DNA from: Stygiobacter sp.
Lineage (GTDB): Bacteria; Pseudomonadota; Alphaproteobacteria; Rhodospirillales; Magnetospirillaceae
Reading direction: 5' to 3'
DNA: 64,000 nt
Assembly: GCA_006218045.1 (NCBI GenBank)
Contig: VBWB01000004.1
Coordinates: forward strand, 139,770 to 203,769
Part shown: positions 30,381 through 39,803 of the stretch, in pieces
How the letters are laid out: the number at the start of each line of letters is the position of its first letter
Position numbering within the stretch: position 1 is the first letter of the stretch
The notes under the pieces: model-generated
The model's database searches: none
Seen by the model: only the letters and a program-made list of their open reading frames with translations
Told to the model about the DNA's origin: nothing
Program-made: the position numbers and the translations under genes

Positions 30381-31549
30381 GCCCGGTCCCGCTGATCTAT
30401 ATCATCGCCGGCGAGCCTTCGGGCGATCTCCTGGGCGGGCGGCTGATGGCGGCCTTGCACGCGGCCACCCATGGTCAGGTGCGCTTTGCCGGCATCGGCG
30501 GCGCTCATATGCAGGAGCAGGGGCTCGACAGCCTGTTCCCCATGACCGAGTTGACGGTCATGGGCCTGACCGAGGTGTTGCCGCGCATCCCCCGCATCCT
30601 GCGCCGGGTGCGTGAAACCCTGGCCGACATGGGGAAACGCCAGCCGGTAGCGGTGATCACCATCGATTCCTGGGGCTTCACCGGGCGGGTGCAGAAGGGC
30701 TGTCGGACGCTTTATCCTCATATCCCGCGCATCCATTACGTCGCCCCCATGGTGTGGGCGTGGAAGCCCAAGCGTGCCGCCAAATTGGCCGGTGTCCTGG
30801 ATCTGCTGATGACGCTGCTGCCGTTCGAGCCGCCTTTTTTCGAGAAGGAGGGGCTGCGCACCGTCCATGTGGGCCATCCGGTGGTGGAATGCGGGGCGGA
30901 AATGGGCGACGGCGCCGCCTTCCGCCGCCGTCACGGTCTGGCCGAGGACACGCCGGTTCTGGCGGTGCTGCCGGGCAGCCGGCATTCGGAAACCGCCAAA
31001 TTGCTGCCGGTCTTCGGCGATGTTTTGCGGAAATTGCGGGCTGCGCACCCTGATCTCCGGGTGGTGGTGCCGACGCTGCCGCATCTGGCCCCCGAGGTGC
31101 GCCAAGCCGCCGCCGGCTGGCCGTTCCAGCCTTTGGTGCTGGAGACGGAAAAATACGATGCCTTCGCCGCCGCCACCTGTGCCTTGGCGGCATCGGGCAC
31201 GGTGGCGCTGGAACTGGCCATGGCCGGGCTGCCGACGGTGATCGCCTATCGGCTGTCGGCGCTGACCGCCTTTGTCGCCCGCAGCTTCTTCGGCTTCAAG
31301 ATCAAATGGGCGACCTTGGTCAACATGATGCTGGATCGTCCGGTGATGCCGGAATTCCTGCAAGAGGATTGTACCGCCGACACCATCGCCCCCATGTTGA
31401 GCAAGATGCTCGACGATGAGGCTGATCGCCGACAGCGCCGGGCCGACATGGAAGAGGCCATGGTCAAGCTGGGCTTTGGCGGCGCATCGCCGGCCCTGCG
31501 GGCGGCACGGGTGGTTCTGGATTTCATCGCCGAAAGGAAAACGCCATGA
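30377..31549 (+). CDS. lpxB: Lipid-A-disaccharide synthase
   Basis: AGEPSGDLLG, HYVAPMVWAWK, LPGSRHSE, ASGTVALEL. Confidence 0.95.
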   Translation: MSPVPLIYIIAGEPSGDLLGGRLMAALHAATHGQVRFAGIGGAHMQEQGLDSLFPMTELTVMGLTEVLPRIPRILRRVRETLADMGKRQPVAVITIDSWGFTGRVQKGCRTLYPHIPRIHYVAPMVWAWKPKRAAKLAGVLDLLMTLLPFEPPFFEKEGLRTVHVGHPVVECGAEMGDGAAFRRRHGLAEDTPVLAVLPGSRHSETAKLLPVFGDVLRKLRAAHPDLRVVVPTLPHLAPEVRQAAAGWPFQPLVLETEKYDAFAAATCALAASGTVALELAMAGLPTVIAYRLSALTAFVARSFFGFKIKWATLVNMMLDRPVMPEFLQEDCTADTIAPMLSKMLDDEADRRQRRADMEEAMVKLGFGGASPALRAARVVLDFIAERKTP

Positions 31550-31944
31550 GCTGGCGCATGCTGCACACCATGATCCGGGTCGGCAACCTGGACTCTTCCA
31601 TCGATTTCTACACCCGGCTTTTGGGCATGACGCTGTTGCGGCGCCAGGATTATCCCGATGGCCGCTTCACCCTGGCCTTCGTCGGCTATGGCGATGAAAG
31701 TGCCAACACGGTGATCGAGCTGACCCATAATTGGGACAGTACCGGCTATGATCTGGGCACCGGATTCGGCCATATCGCCCTGGGTGTGCCCGATATCCAT
31801 GCCACCTGCGACCAACTGGCCCGGGCCGGGGCCAAGATCACCCGTCCGCCGGGACCGATGAAGCATGGCAGCACCATCATCGCCTTCATCGAAGATCCCG
31901 ACGGCTACAAGATCGAGTTGATCGAGCGAAAAGCCCATTCTTGA
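31546..31944 (+). CDS. gloA: Lactoylglutathione lyase (glyoxalase I)
   Basis: MLHTMIRVG, ELTHNW, GFGHIA, DPDGYKIELI. Confidence 0.94.
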   Translation: MSWRMLHTMIRVGNLDSSIDFYTRLLGMTLLRRQDYPDGRFTLAFVGYGDESANTVIELTHNWDSTGYDLGTGFGHIALGVPDIHATCDQLARAGAKITRPPGPMKHGSTIIAFIEDPDGYKIELIERKAHS

Positions 31945-31999
31945 CATCGCGGCGACGCGGGAGCACCGTCAACCCGCAAGTTGACGGGATGGGTGGGGC

Positions 32000-32923
32000 A
32001 TGGACCTGCTGCAATTGATGGATAACGCCGAGGACCAGCGCGGCAAGGCGCTGGATCGGCTTGAGGGCATCGTCGCCCTCTACCAGTCCGACGATCCGGC
32101 GGTGCGCGAGGAAGCCATGGGCCGGGCCATGGTGTTCTGTGGCAAGGAATGGGGAGGCTATGCCGCCGGTCTGGAAGCCTTGGCCGCACGCCTGGATGGA
32201 CGCGACCAACCGCTGGATGCCTTGCGTTTGCGTGAAGAGGCGGAAGACCCCGGCACCCTGATTCGCCAGACCGAGGCCCGTCTGGCCGAAGCGGCGAAAA
32301 TGACCGACGAGCGCCGGGCGGTGATCGCCCGCTATGGCTCGGAAGAGGCGGCTATGGGGCCGACGGCGCTGGAACGTATGTTCGTCGACGCCGTCGATCA
32401 ATGGCTGGGCGAGGCCTCCGATCCGTGGGCGCCGGTGGCCGGCTGGTCGGTGCCGTGGCATCCCATTCCCGACGAACTGGCCCATACCGTCGCCATCGCT
32501 TGCCCGTTGCCGGAAACCATCGCCGACGCCCGCGCCGAATGTTTGACCTGGGAACAGCGTCTGGCCGAGTTGGAAGTATTGGCCGACGGCCCCGGCAGTG
32601 CCGTGTTGCCCACCGCCTGCGCCGTCCGCCACATCCTGGTCCAGCGTGAATGGGCCAGCCGATTGCCGGTGCGATCCTTGGCCGATTTGCAGATCAGGCT
32701 GGAATACTGGCAAACCCATGGCGTCGACGATGGCAGCGGCTACGCCTGTCTCGGCCGGGATCTGGAGCAATTGCTGGCCCAGGGCGTCACCCTGGCCCCC
32801 GGCGAGGGCAGCAAAAGCAAGTGCCATCGCCTGCGCCGGGAAAACCCGCACTGGTCGCTGGCCCGGATCGGCCAGGAACTGGGGATTTCCCGCCAAGCCG
32901 TGCACAAGCATTTGCAATCATGA
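32000..32923 (+). CDS. Hypothetical protein with a C-terminal helix-turn-helix
   Basis: 307-aa ORF with normal codon usage. C-terminus WSLARIGQELGISRQAVHKHL is HTH-like. Confidence 0.7.
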   Translation: MDLLQLMDNAEDQRGKALDRLEGIVALYQSDDPAVREEAMGRAMVFCGKEWGGYAAGLEALAARLDGRDQPLDALRLREEAEDPGTLIRQTEARLAEAAKMTDERRAVIARYGSEEAAMGPTALERMFVDAVDQWLGEASDPWAPVAGWSVPWHPIPDELAHTVAIACPLPETIADARAECLTWEQRLAELEVLADGPGSAVLPTACAVRHILVQREWASRLPVRSLADLQIRLEYWQTHGVDDGSGYACLGRDLEQLLAQGVTLAPGEGSKSKCHRLRRENPHWSLARIGQELGISRQAVHKHLQS

Positions 32924-32931
32924 GGGAGTGA

Positions 32932-33522
32932 ATGATGCGTAGACTTTTCGCCCTGGCACTGCTGCCCATTCTGGTCTCGGTTCCGGCGCAGGCCCAGTTG
33001 ATGGACGTGCTGACCGCGCCCAAGACCCTGATCGACCGCGCCATCGAGGCCCGTTCCGCCGGCGACATCGCCAAGGACAACGAGATCGTCGTCAAGGTCA
33101 ACGCCATCATGGGCAAGATGGGGACTATCAAGGCCTCGACCGAAATCTATGAACAGCGCCTGCTGATCACCGGCATCTTCGATGACAAGGCGCTGTACGA
33201 CCGCTTTGAACGCGAGGTGCGTCAGGTCGGCGGTGTGAAAAAGCTTTATTGGCACGTCAGCTATCTGGCCAAGGACGATTCCCGGCGCAAAGCCCTGCTG
33301 GATTGGGGCGACGTCACCGTGATGGCGACCAAGGCGCAAGGTCGACTGGTCGGCACCGCCGGGGTGGCCGACGTCAATTTCCGTACCACCGCCGATTCCT
33401 ATGGCATCGTCTATCTGCTGGGCCGTGCCCGTTCCGGCGAAGAGGGCAAGAAGGCCCTGGCTCGGGTCAAGGACGGCAGCGGCGTCAGAAAGGTCGTTGA
33501 TTACACGGTGGTGCGGCCCTGA
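32932..33522 (+). CDS. Dual BON-domain periplasmic protein (DolP/OsmY-like)
   Basis: Signal peptide, RLLITG, VYLLGRA, GVRKVVDY. Confidence 0.75.
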   Translation: MMRRLFALALLPILVSVPAQAQLMDVLTAPKTLIDRAIEARSAGDIAKDNEIVVKVNAIMGKMGTIKASTEIYEQRLLITGIFDDKALYDRFEREVRQVGGVKKLYWHVSYLAKDDSRRKALLDWGDVTVMATKAQGRLVGTAGVADVNFRTTADSYGIVYLLGRARSGEEGKKALARVKDGSGVRKVVDYTVVRP

Positions 33523-33539
33523 CCATACACCGCGTCGGG

Positions 33540-33568
33540 TTGTCTTGCCCGTGGGCGGCGGCTATGCT
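33540..33568 (+). promoter_or_regulatory. Putative sigma70 promoter of the EamA gene
   Basis: TTGTCT-17 nt-TATGCT. Overlaps a GGCGGCGGC-TAT-GCTGCCGCC hairpin with a T tract that may terminate the BON gene. Confidence 0.45.
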
Positions 33569-33601
33569 GCCGCCTGTTTTACTGATCAGGCGGTAATTAT
33601 C

Positions 33602-34477
33602 ATGTCTCCGGCATTGTTCACCAAAGCCATGCCCGCCTTGTTCGTGCTGTTGTGGAGCACTGGTTTCATCGGCGCCAAATATGGCTTGCCATATGCCGAG
33701 CCCTTCACCTTCCTGTCCATCCGTTTCGTCCTGATCATCTCGATACTGGCCGGCTTGGCCGTGGCGGCGCGGGCGCCGTGGCCGCGCCGGCCCCGGCAGT
33801 TCGTCCATCTCCTGGTGTCAGGCGGCTTGGTTCATGCCGCTTACTTGGGCGGTGTGTTCGCCGCCATCCATCACGGCTTGCCGTCGGGCATGGCCGCCTT
33901 ATTGGTGGGGGTGCAACCCATCCTGACCGCCCTGGTCGCCGGCCCGCTGTTCGGCGAGGAAATCCGGGCCAAGCAATGGCTGGGGCTGCTGCTGGGCTTG
34001 GCCGGTGTCGCCCTGGTGCTGGCGGCGCGCAATGGCGGGTTGTCGGTGGACGGGTTGTCGTGGGTCGGCATCGCCTTCGCCCTGGTCGCCCTGCTCGGCA
34101 TCACCGTCGGCACGCTTTATCAGAAGCGTTTTGGCCAGGGCATGGATCTGCGCACGGGCTCATTGGTGCAATATGTGGGGGCGTTGCTGGTGCTGCTGCC
34201 GGTGGCCATGACCACCGAGACCATGCGGGTGGATTGGAGCTTGGATTTCGTCCTGGCGCTGCTGTGGCTGGTGCTGGTGTTGTCCTTGGGCGCCATCACG
34301 CTTTTGATGATGCTGATCAGAAGCGGCGAGGCCGCCCGCGTCGCCAGCCTGTTCTATCTGGTGCCGCCGGTCACCGCCGGTCTGGCCTGGCTGCTGTTCG
34401 ACGAAACCCTGAGCCCGATCGGGCTGGCCGGCATGGCCCTGGCCGCCTTGGGCGTGGCGCTGGTGATCAGGCGCTGA
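33602..34477 (+). CDS. DMT/EamA-family transporter
   Basis: LWSTGFIGAK..LPYAEP, about 10 TM helices, VASLFYLVPP. Confidence 0.88.
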   Translation: MSPALFTKAMPALFVLLWSTGFIGAKYGLPYAEPFTFLSIRFVLIISILAGLAVAARAPWPRRPRQFVHLLVSGGLVHAAYLGGVFAAIHHGLPSGMAALLVGVQPILTALVAGPLFGEEIRAKQWLGLLLGLAGVALVLAARNGGLSVDGLSWVGIAFALVALLGITVGTLYQKRFGQGMDLRTGSLVQYVGALLVLLPVAMTTETMRVDWSLDFVLALLWLVLVLSLGAITLLMMLIRSGEAARVASLFYLVPPVTAGLAWLLFDETLSPIGLAGMALAALGVALVIRR

Positions 34478-34544
34478 AACCTTCTTTTGTGGATACCTCC
34501 AGCAGCAACGCGGATGAACGCGGATAAACGCCCACCACCAAGGC

Positions 34545-34629
34545 CGTCACTCCCGCGTAGGCGGGAGTCCAGAGGGGGCACCACCGTCTTTTCCGCGACT
34601 CCTGGATACCCGCCTGCGCGGGTATGACG
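34545..34629. repeat. Inverted dimer of CGTC-tagged REP-like palindromes
   Basis: CGTCACTCCCGCGTAGGCGGGAGTCCAG (34545-34572) and, inverted, CGTCATACCCGCGCAGGCGGGTATCCAG (34602-34629). Confidence 0.85.
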
Positions 34630-34634
34630 ACTGA

Positions 34635-35786
34635 TCAGCTTTTCACCATCCGCCCCAACAGCCGACGGATGAAAGCCTCACCCAGTTTGACCTGCTCGAT
34701 GGTGATGAACTCATCGGGCTTGTGCGCCTGGGCGATGGAGCCGGGGCCGCAGACCACGGTGGGGATGCCGGCCTTGTTGAACAGTCCGGCCTCGGTGGTG
34801 AAGCTGACCTTGGCGGTGGCATTGTTACCCGATAATTGCCGGGCCAGCACCGCCGCTTCGTCGTCATCATCGGTGAGCAGGCCGGCGGTGGTGTTGTATT
34901 CGTCGAACATGATGCCGGTGGCACCGTCCACCGCCAGCATTTCCGGCACCAGATCCTGGGCGAAGCCGCGCAATTGGGCCATCAGATCCTCGGGGTCGTG
35001 CTGGGGCAGGTTGCGGAACTCGAACTCGAACGAACATTGCGCCGGCACGATGTTGAGCGCGGTGCCGCCCTGGATCAGTCCGGTGTGAATGGTGGTGTAG
35101 GGCGGCTGGTAGCCATGGTCGAACGGGCCGTTTTCACGGATGTGCTTTTGCAGGTGACGCAGGAAGGTGACCATCTCGGCGGCGATTTCCACCGCGTTGA
35201 CGCCCTGATGATTGAGGGCGGAATGACATTCTTTGCCATGCACGTGGCAGCGAACGTTTTTTTTACCCTTATGGCCGACAATCACCTTCAGTTCGGTAGG
35301 CTCGCCCACTATGCACAGCCTGGGTTTGACGGGGAGGGACGTAATATCCTGGATCAGGCGGCGGACGCCGATGCAGCCGATTTCCTCGTCATAGGAGAAG
35401 GCGAAGTGAATGGGCATGGCTAGGCGGGCGGCGGCGAATTCGGGGGCGAGAGCCAGACAAATGGCAAGGAACGACTTCATGTCGGCGGTGCCGCGCCCAT
35501 ATAATGCGTGGTCACGTCGCGACAGCCGAAACGGGTCGCTGGACCAGTCCTGGCCGTCGACCGGTACGACGTCTGTATGTCCTGACAAAACAATGCCCTG
35601 GATATCAGGCGGGCCTATAGTCGCGAATAGATTTGCCTTTTCTTTCGTATCGTCATAAGTCAACCGTATATCCGCGCCAAGGCTGGACAGAAAGTCGGCG
35701 GCAAACTGGATAAGTTGTATGTTCGCTTTATAACTTGTGGTGTCGAAGCTGATGAGACGCTCGATCATGTCAATGCTGGTTGGCAT
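34635..35786 (-). CDS. argE: Acetylornithine deacetylase (M20 family)
   Basis: SGHTDVVP, YGRGTADMKSF, FSYDEEIGC.G, GEPT, AHKPDEF. Confidence 0.92.
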   Translation of the reverse strand: MPTSIDMIERLISFDTTSYKANIQLIQFAADFLSSLGADIRLTYDDTKEKANLFATIGPPDIQGIVLSGHTDVVPVDGQDWSSDPFRLSRRDHALYGRGTADMKSFLAICLALAPEFAAARLAMPIHFAFSYDEEIGCIGVRRLIQDITSLPVKPRLCIVGEPTELKVIVGHKGKKNVRCHVHGKECHSALNHQGVNAVEIAAEMVTFLRHLQKHIRENGPFDHGYQPPYTTIHTGLIQGGTALNIVPAQCSFEFEFRNLPQHDPEDLMAQLRGFAQDLVPEMLAVDGATGIMFDEYNTTAGLLTDDDDEAAVLARQLSGNNATAKVSFTTEAGLFNKAGIPTVVCGPGSIAQAHKPDEFITIEQVKLGEAFIRRLLGRMVKS

Positions 35787-35893
35787 GACTGTCCTGCTTT
35801 CTGGCTTTGGTGCCGCCGATGTGCGAAGCCACATCATAAGGTGCCGGTGTCATTGGTGCCAGTGTAGAGGATGGCCAATTCGGATCGAGGCGT

Positions 35894-37636
35894 ATGAGCG
35901 AAGCCCAAACCGCCGCCACGGCGGATAAAAAACAGCGGCAGCCGGCATTTTCGCTGGGGGCGTATTCCACGTTGAAATCGAACATGTTCGATTTGGCGGT
36001 GGCGTCGCTTTTCCTCAATGTCCTTGGCTTGGCCCTGCCCATGGCGCTGTTGCAGGTCTATGACCGCATCCTGCCCAACAAGTCCACCGGCACCATGGTG
36101 CTGTTGATGGCCGGCGTGCTGGGCGCGCTGTTGCTGGAATCCATCCTCACCTTCGCCCGCTCCTACGTCACCGGCTGGATCGGCGCCCGTTTCGAGCACA
36201 AGGCCGGCTGTGAGGCCATCGACCGTCTGGTGATGACCAGCATCGACAATTTCGAGAAGGAGGGCTCGGGCGTTCATCTGGAACGGCTGAACTCCCTGGC
36301 CACGGTGCGTGAATTCTATGCCGGCCAAGCCCTGCTGACGCTGCTGGATCTGCCCTTCGCCCTGATCTATCTGGCCTTGGTGGCGCTGATGGGCGGATGG
36401 CTGGTGCTGGTCCCCATCGTCTTGCTGGTGATGTTCGCCCTGTCGGCCATGAAGATCGGCACCACCCTGCGCGATGCCATCGAAAAGCGCATGATCGCCG
36501 ATGATCGCCGCTTCAACTTCCTGATCGAGGTGTTGGGCGGCATTCACAGCGTCAAGGCCATGGCCATGGAATCGCAGATGGTGCGCCGCTATGAACGCCT
36601 GCAGGAAAGCTGCGCCGAGGGCTATTACACCGTCGCCTTGCGCAGCGCCAACGCGCTGGGGGTGTCGTCGTTCTTCTCGCAGGTGACCACCATCGCCGTC
36701 GCCGCCTTCGGCAGCGTCATCGTCATGAACGGCGACATGACCACCGGTGGACTGGCGGCGTCGTCGCTGCTGGCCGGTCGTTCCATGGCGCCGATCCAGA
36801 AGGCCTTGGGGGTATGGACGCGCTTCCAAAGCTTGGTTCTGGCCAGCGGGCGGCTGGAAAAGCTGTTCGCCCTGCCGCCGGAAGCGGAAAAGAACCTGCC
36901 CAAGATGCCCTCGACCAAGGGCAAGCTGGAACTGGAGGGCGTCAGCTTCGCCTTTGACGCGAAGCTGCCCACCGTCATCGACACGGCCAGCATCAGCATC
37001 GAAGCGGGTGAATGCATCGCCATCGCCGGCGGCAACGGCTCGGGCAAGACCACGCTGTTGACCCTGATGCAAGGCGCGCTGCGCCCGACCCAGGGACGGG
37101 TGATGATCGACGGCATCGACGTCACCCAATACGAACCGCAATCGGTGCGCGACCAGATCGCCTATCTGCCGCAATCGGGCGTGCTGTTCCAGGGCACCAT
37201 CTTGCAGAACATCACCATGTTCCGTTCCGAATTCGACGATATCGCCGTCGAAACCGCCGGTCTTCTCGGCCTGGACGAGGTGGTGGCGACCATGGCTTAC
37301 GGCTTCGACACCCCGGTCGGCGACGGCGCCTATGATTCGCTGCCGCGCGGCATCAAGCAGCGTATCGCCATCGCCCGCGCCCTGGTCAACAATCCGCGTA
37401 TCGTCCTGTTCGACGAGGCCAACACGGCGGTGGATTCCGCCGGTGACAATTTCCTGCGCGTCTGGCTGGAACGGGCCAAGGGCAAGCGCACGCTGGTTCT
37501 GGTCACCCATCGCCCGTCCCTGGTCAAACTGGCCGACCGGGTGTTCGATCTGGATCATGGCCGTCTGTCACCCAAGCCGCCGCGCGACGACAGCCGCCCC
37601 TTCGCCGCTCTGACCGCACCGGGAGGGGCTGCATGA
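35894..37636 (+). CDS. Type I secretion ABC transporter, subunit 1 (TMD + NBD, no C39-like domain)
   Basis: LQVYDRILP, Walker A GGNGSGKT, Walker B VLFDE, THRPS. Signature reads LPRGIKQR. Confidence 0.88.
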   Translation: MSEAQTAATADKKQRQPAFSLGAYSTLKSNMFDLAVASLFLNVLGLALPMALLQVYDRILPNKSTGTMVLLMAGVLGALLLESILTFARSYVTGWIGARFEHKAGCEAIDRLVMTSIDNFEKEGSGVHLERLNSLATVREFYAGQALLTLLDLPFALIYLALVALMGGWLVLVPIVLLVMFALSAMKIGTTLRDAIEKRMIADDRRFNFLIEVLGGIHSVKAMAMESQMVRRYERLQESCAEGYYTVALRSANALGVSSFFSQVTTIAVAAFGSVIVMNGDMTTGGLAASSLLAGRSMAPIQKALGVWTRFQSLVLASGRLEKLFALPPEAEKNLPKMPSTKGKLELEGVSFAFDAKLPTVIDTASISIEAGECIAIAGGNGSGKTTLLTLMQGALRPTQGRVMIDGIDVTQYEPQSVRDQIAYLPQSGVLFQGTILQNITMFRSEFDDIAVETAGLLGLDEVVATMAYGFDTPVGDGAYDSLPRGIKQRIAIARALVNNPRIVLFDEANTAVDSAGDNFLRVWLERAKGKRTLVLVTHRPSLVKLADRVFDLDHGRLSPKPPRDDSRPFAALTAPGGAA

Positions 37637-39801
37637 ATCAGGTCGCCAACGCCGCCGCCGGAACGGTCAAGGCCAGCCAGCAGGCCATCGAACAATATCA
37701 GGCGCAGATGGCCCACAACATCCTGGGCGGCTTTACCGCCGCCTCGGATCTGGCCGCCTGCCTGTTGCCGCTGTTGAAGGCGCTGGGCTGGAAGGGCGAT
37801 CCCCGGCACGTGGCCGAATCGCTGCCGCACTTCGCCAACGACCTGGATTTGACCGGCCTGCGCAACGTCATGGCCCAGCTCAATTATTCCAGCCGGCCGC
37901 TCAGGGTGAAGGTGGGCGAGATCGACAAACGTCTGCTGCCCTGCCTGTTCCTGCCCGACCATAAGCCGGCCATGGTGGTGCGGGCCAAGGAACGCGATGC
38001 CGTCGAGGTGTTCGACAGCGCCATCGGCGAAGGGCTGCGCCTCGAGGAACTGTCGCAGACCGGCACCGCCTATTTCTTCACCGCCATGGGCGAGGCCGCT
38101 CCCAGTCGATTGGGGTGGTTCCGCACCGTTTTGGACCGCTTCCGCCCGCTGTTCTGGCAAGCCTTTTTCGTCACCTTGTTCCTGAACCTGATGGCCTTGG
38201 CCACGCCGGTCTTCGTCATGAACGTCTATGACAAGGTGATCGGCACCAATTCCATGCCCTTGCTGTGGGCGCTGTGCGCCGGGGTGGCCATGGCCCTGCT
38301 GTTCGACGCGGTATTGCGGGCGGTGCGCGCCCGTATCCTGGCCTTCATCGGCGCGCGGCTCGACAACATCATGGGCAACAACATCTTCCAGCACATTCTG
38401 TCCCTGCCGCCCGGCTTCACCGAACGCGCCACCATCGGCGCCCAGGTCGCCCGCATCAAGGACTTTGAATCGGTGCGCGAGTTCTTCACCGGGCCGCTGG
38501 CCACGGTGTTCATGGAACTGCCCTTCGCCCTGTTTTATTTCGTCATCATCTTCATGCTGGGCGGCGTGCTGGCCCTGGTGCCGGTGATCAGCACCTTCCT
38601 GTTCGTCGTCGGTGGCATCCTGGTCATGCCGGTGGTGCGCAAGAACGTGGCCATCGCCTCGCGCGCGGCTTCGCGCCGGCAGGAATTCCTGATCGAGACC
38701 CTGGGCAAGATGCGCGCGGTCAAGCTGTCGGCGGCGGAACACGACTGGGTCAAACGCTATCGCGAGATGTCGGCCCGCGCCGCCTATGGCGGCTTCAAGA
38801 ACGGCATTTTCGCAGCCCTGATCACCACCGGTTCCAACATCCTGATCGTGTCGTCGGGGTTGGCCACCATCGCCATCGGCGTGTTGGGCGTCATCGACGG
38901 CAATATGACCACCGGCGGCCTGATCGCCGCCATGATGCTGGTGTGGCGGGTGTTGGGGCCGTTGCAGACCGCCTTCACCCTGATCCAGCGGGTCGAGCAG
39001 GTGCGCGGTTCCATCGTCCAGATCGACCAGTTGATGAACCTGAAGCCCGAGCGCGACCCCCGCGCCATGGTGGCGCCGTTGAAGAACCTGAAGGGCAGGG
39101 TGTCGTTCTCGCGCGTCAGCCTGCGCTATGCCAATGATGCCGACCCGGCCCTGGTCGGCGTGTCGTTCGACGTGGAACCGGGGGAAGTGGTGGCGGTGAC
39201 CGGGCGCAACGGCTCGGGCAAGTCGACCATCATCAAGCTGATGATGGGGCTTTACGCCCCCCAGGCCGGCTCGGTCCGCATCGACAATGCCGACATGCGT
39301 CAGATCGATCCGCTGGAACTGCGCCACGCCATCGCCTATGTGCCGCAGGTGTGCAACCTGTATTTCGGCACCATTTCCCAGAACCTGCGTCTGGCCCAGC
39401 CCACCGCCACCGAGGCCGACATCCGTTGGGCCTGCGAACTGGCCGATGTGTGGGATGAAATCAAGTCGCTGCCGCGCGGCCTGGAAACCCGAGTGGGCGA
39501 CGGCACCATCGATCACCTGCCCACCAGCTTCGTACAGAAACTGTCCCTGGCGCGGGCCTATCTGAAGCGCAGCCCGTTGATGCTGTTCGACGAACCGGTC
39601 AACGGCCTGGATTTCGAGGGCGATCGCCAGTTCATGCAGGCGGTCGAGTATTTCCGCGGTCAATCCACCATCTTCATGGTCACCCACCGGCCCAGCCATT
39701 TGCGCTTTGCCGATAAAATCCTGGTTTTCGACGGCGGTTACCTGCGTCTGGCAGGCCCTGCCGACGAAGTCCGCGCCCGCATCCCACCGGATCTGATCTA
39801 G
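37633..39801 (+). CDS. Type I secretion ABC transporter, subunit 2 (degenerate C39-like domain + TMD + NBD)
   Basis: MNVYDKVI, Walker A GRNGSGKS, Walker B MLFDE, THRPS. Signature reads LPTSFVQK. Confidence 0.88.
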   Translation: MNQVANAAAGTVKASQQAIEQYQAQMAHNILGGFTAASDLAACLLPLLKALGWKGDPRHVAESLPHFANDLDLTGLRNVMAQLNYSSRPLRVKVGEIDKRLLPCLFLPDHKPAMVVRAKERDAVEVFDSAIGEGLRLEELSQTGTAYFFTAMGEAAPSRLGWFRTVLDRFRPLFWQAFFVTLFLNLMALATPVFVMNVYDKVIGTNSMPLLWALCAGVAMALLFDAVLRAVRARILAFIGARLDNIMGNNIFQHILSLPPGFTERATIGAQVARIKDFESVREFFTGPLATVFMELPFALFYFVIIFMLGGVLALVPVISTFLFVVGGILVMPVVRKNVAIASRAASRRQEFLIETLGKMRAVKLSAAEHDWVKRYREMSARAAYGGFKNGIFAALITTGSNILIVSSGLATIAIGVLGVIDGNMTTGGLIAAMMLVWRVLGPLQTAFTLIQRVEQVRGSIVQIDQLMNLKPERDPRAMVAPLKNLKGRVSFSRVSLRYANDADPALVGVSFDVEPGEVVAVTGRNGSGKSTIIKLMMGLYAPQAGSVRIDNADMRQIDPLELRHAIAYVPQVCNLYFGTISQNLRLAQPTATEADIRWACELADVWDEIKSLPRGLETRVGDGTIDHLPTSFVQKLSLARAYLKRSPLMLFDEPVNGLDFEGDRQFMQAVEYFRGQSTIFMVTHRPSHLRFADKILVFDGGYLRLAGPADEVRARIPPDLI

Positions 39802-39803
39802 CC

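Noticed and set aside
35818-35835. GATGTG-N6-CACATC dyad in the argE/secretion-operon intergenic region
   Set aside because: Spacing does not fit CRP and 6-bp arms are common by chance. I cannot assign it.
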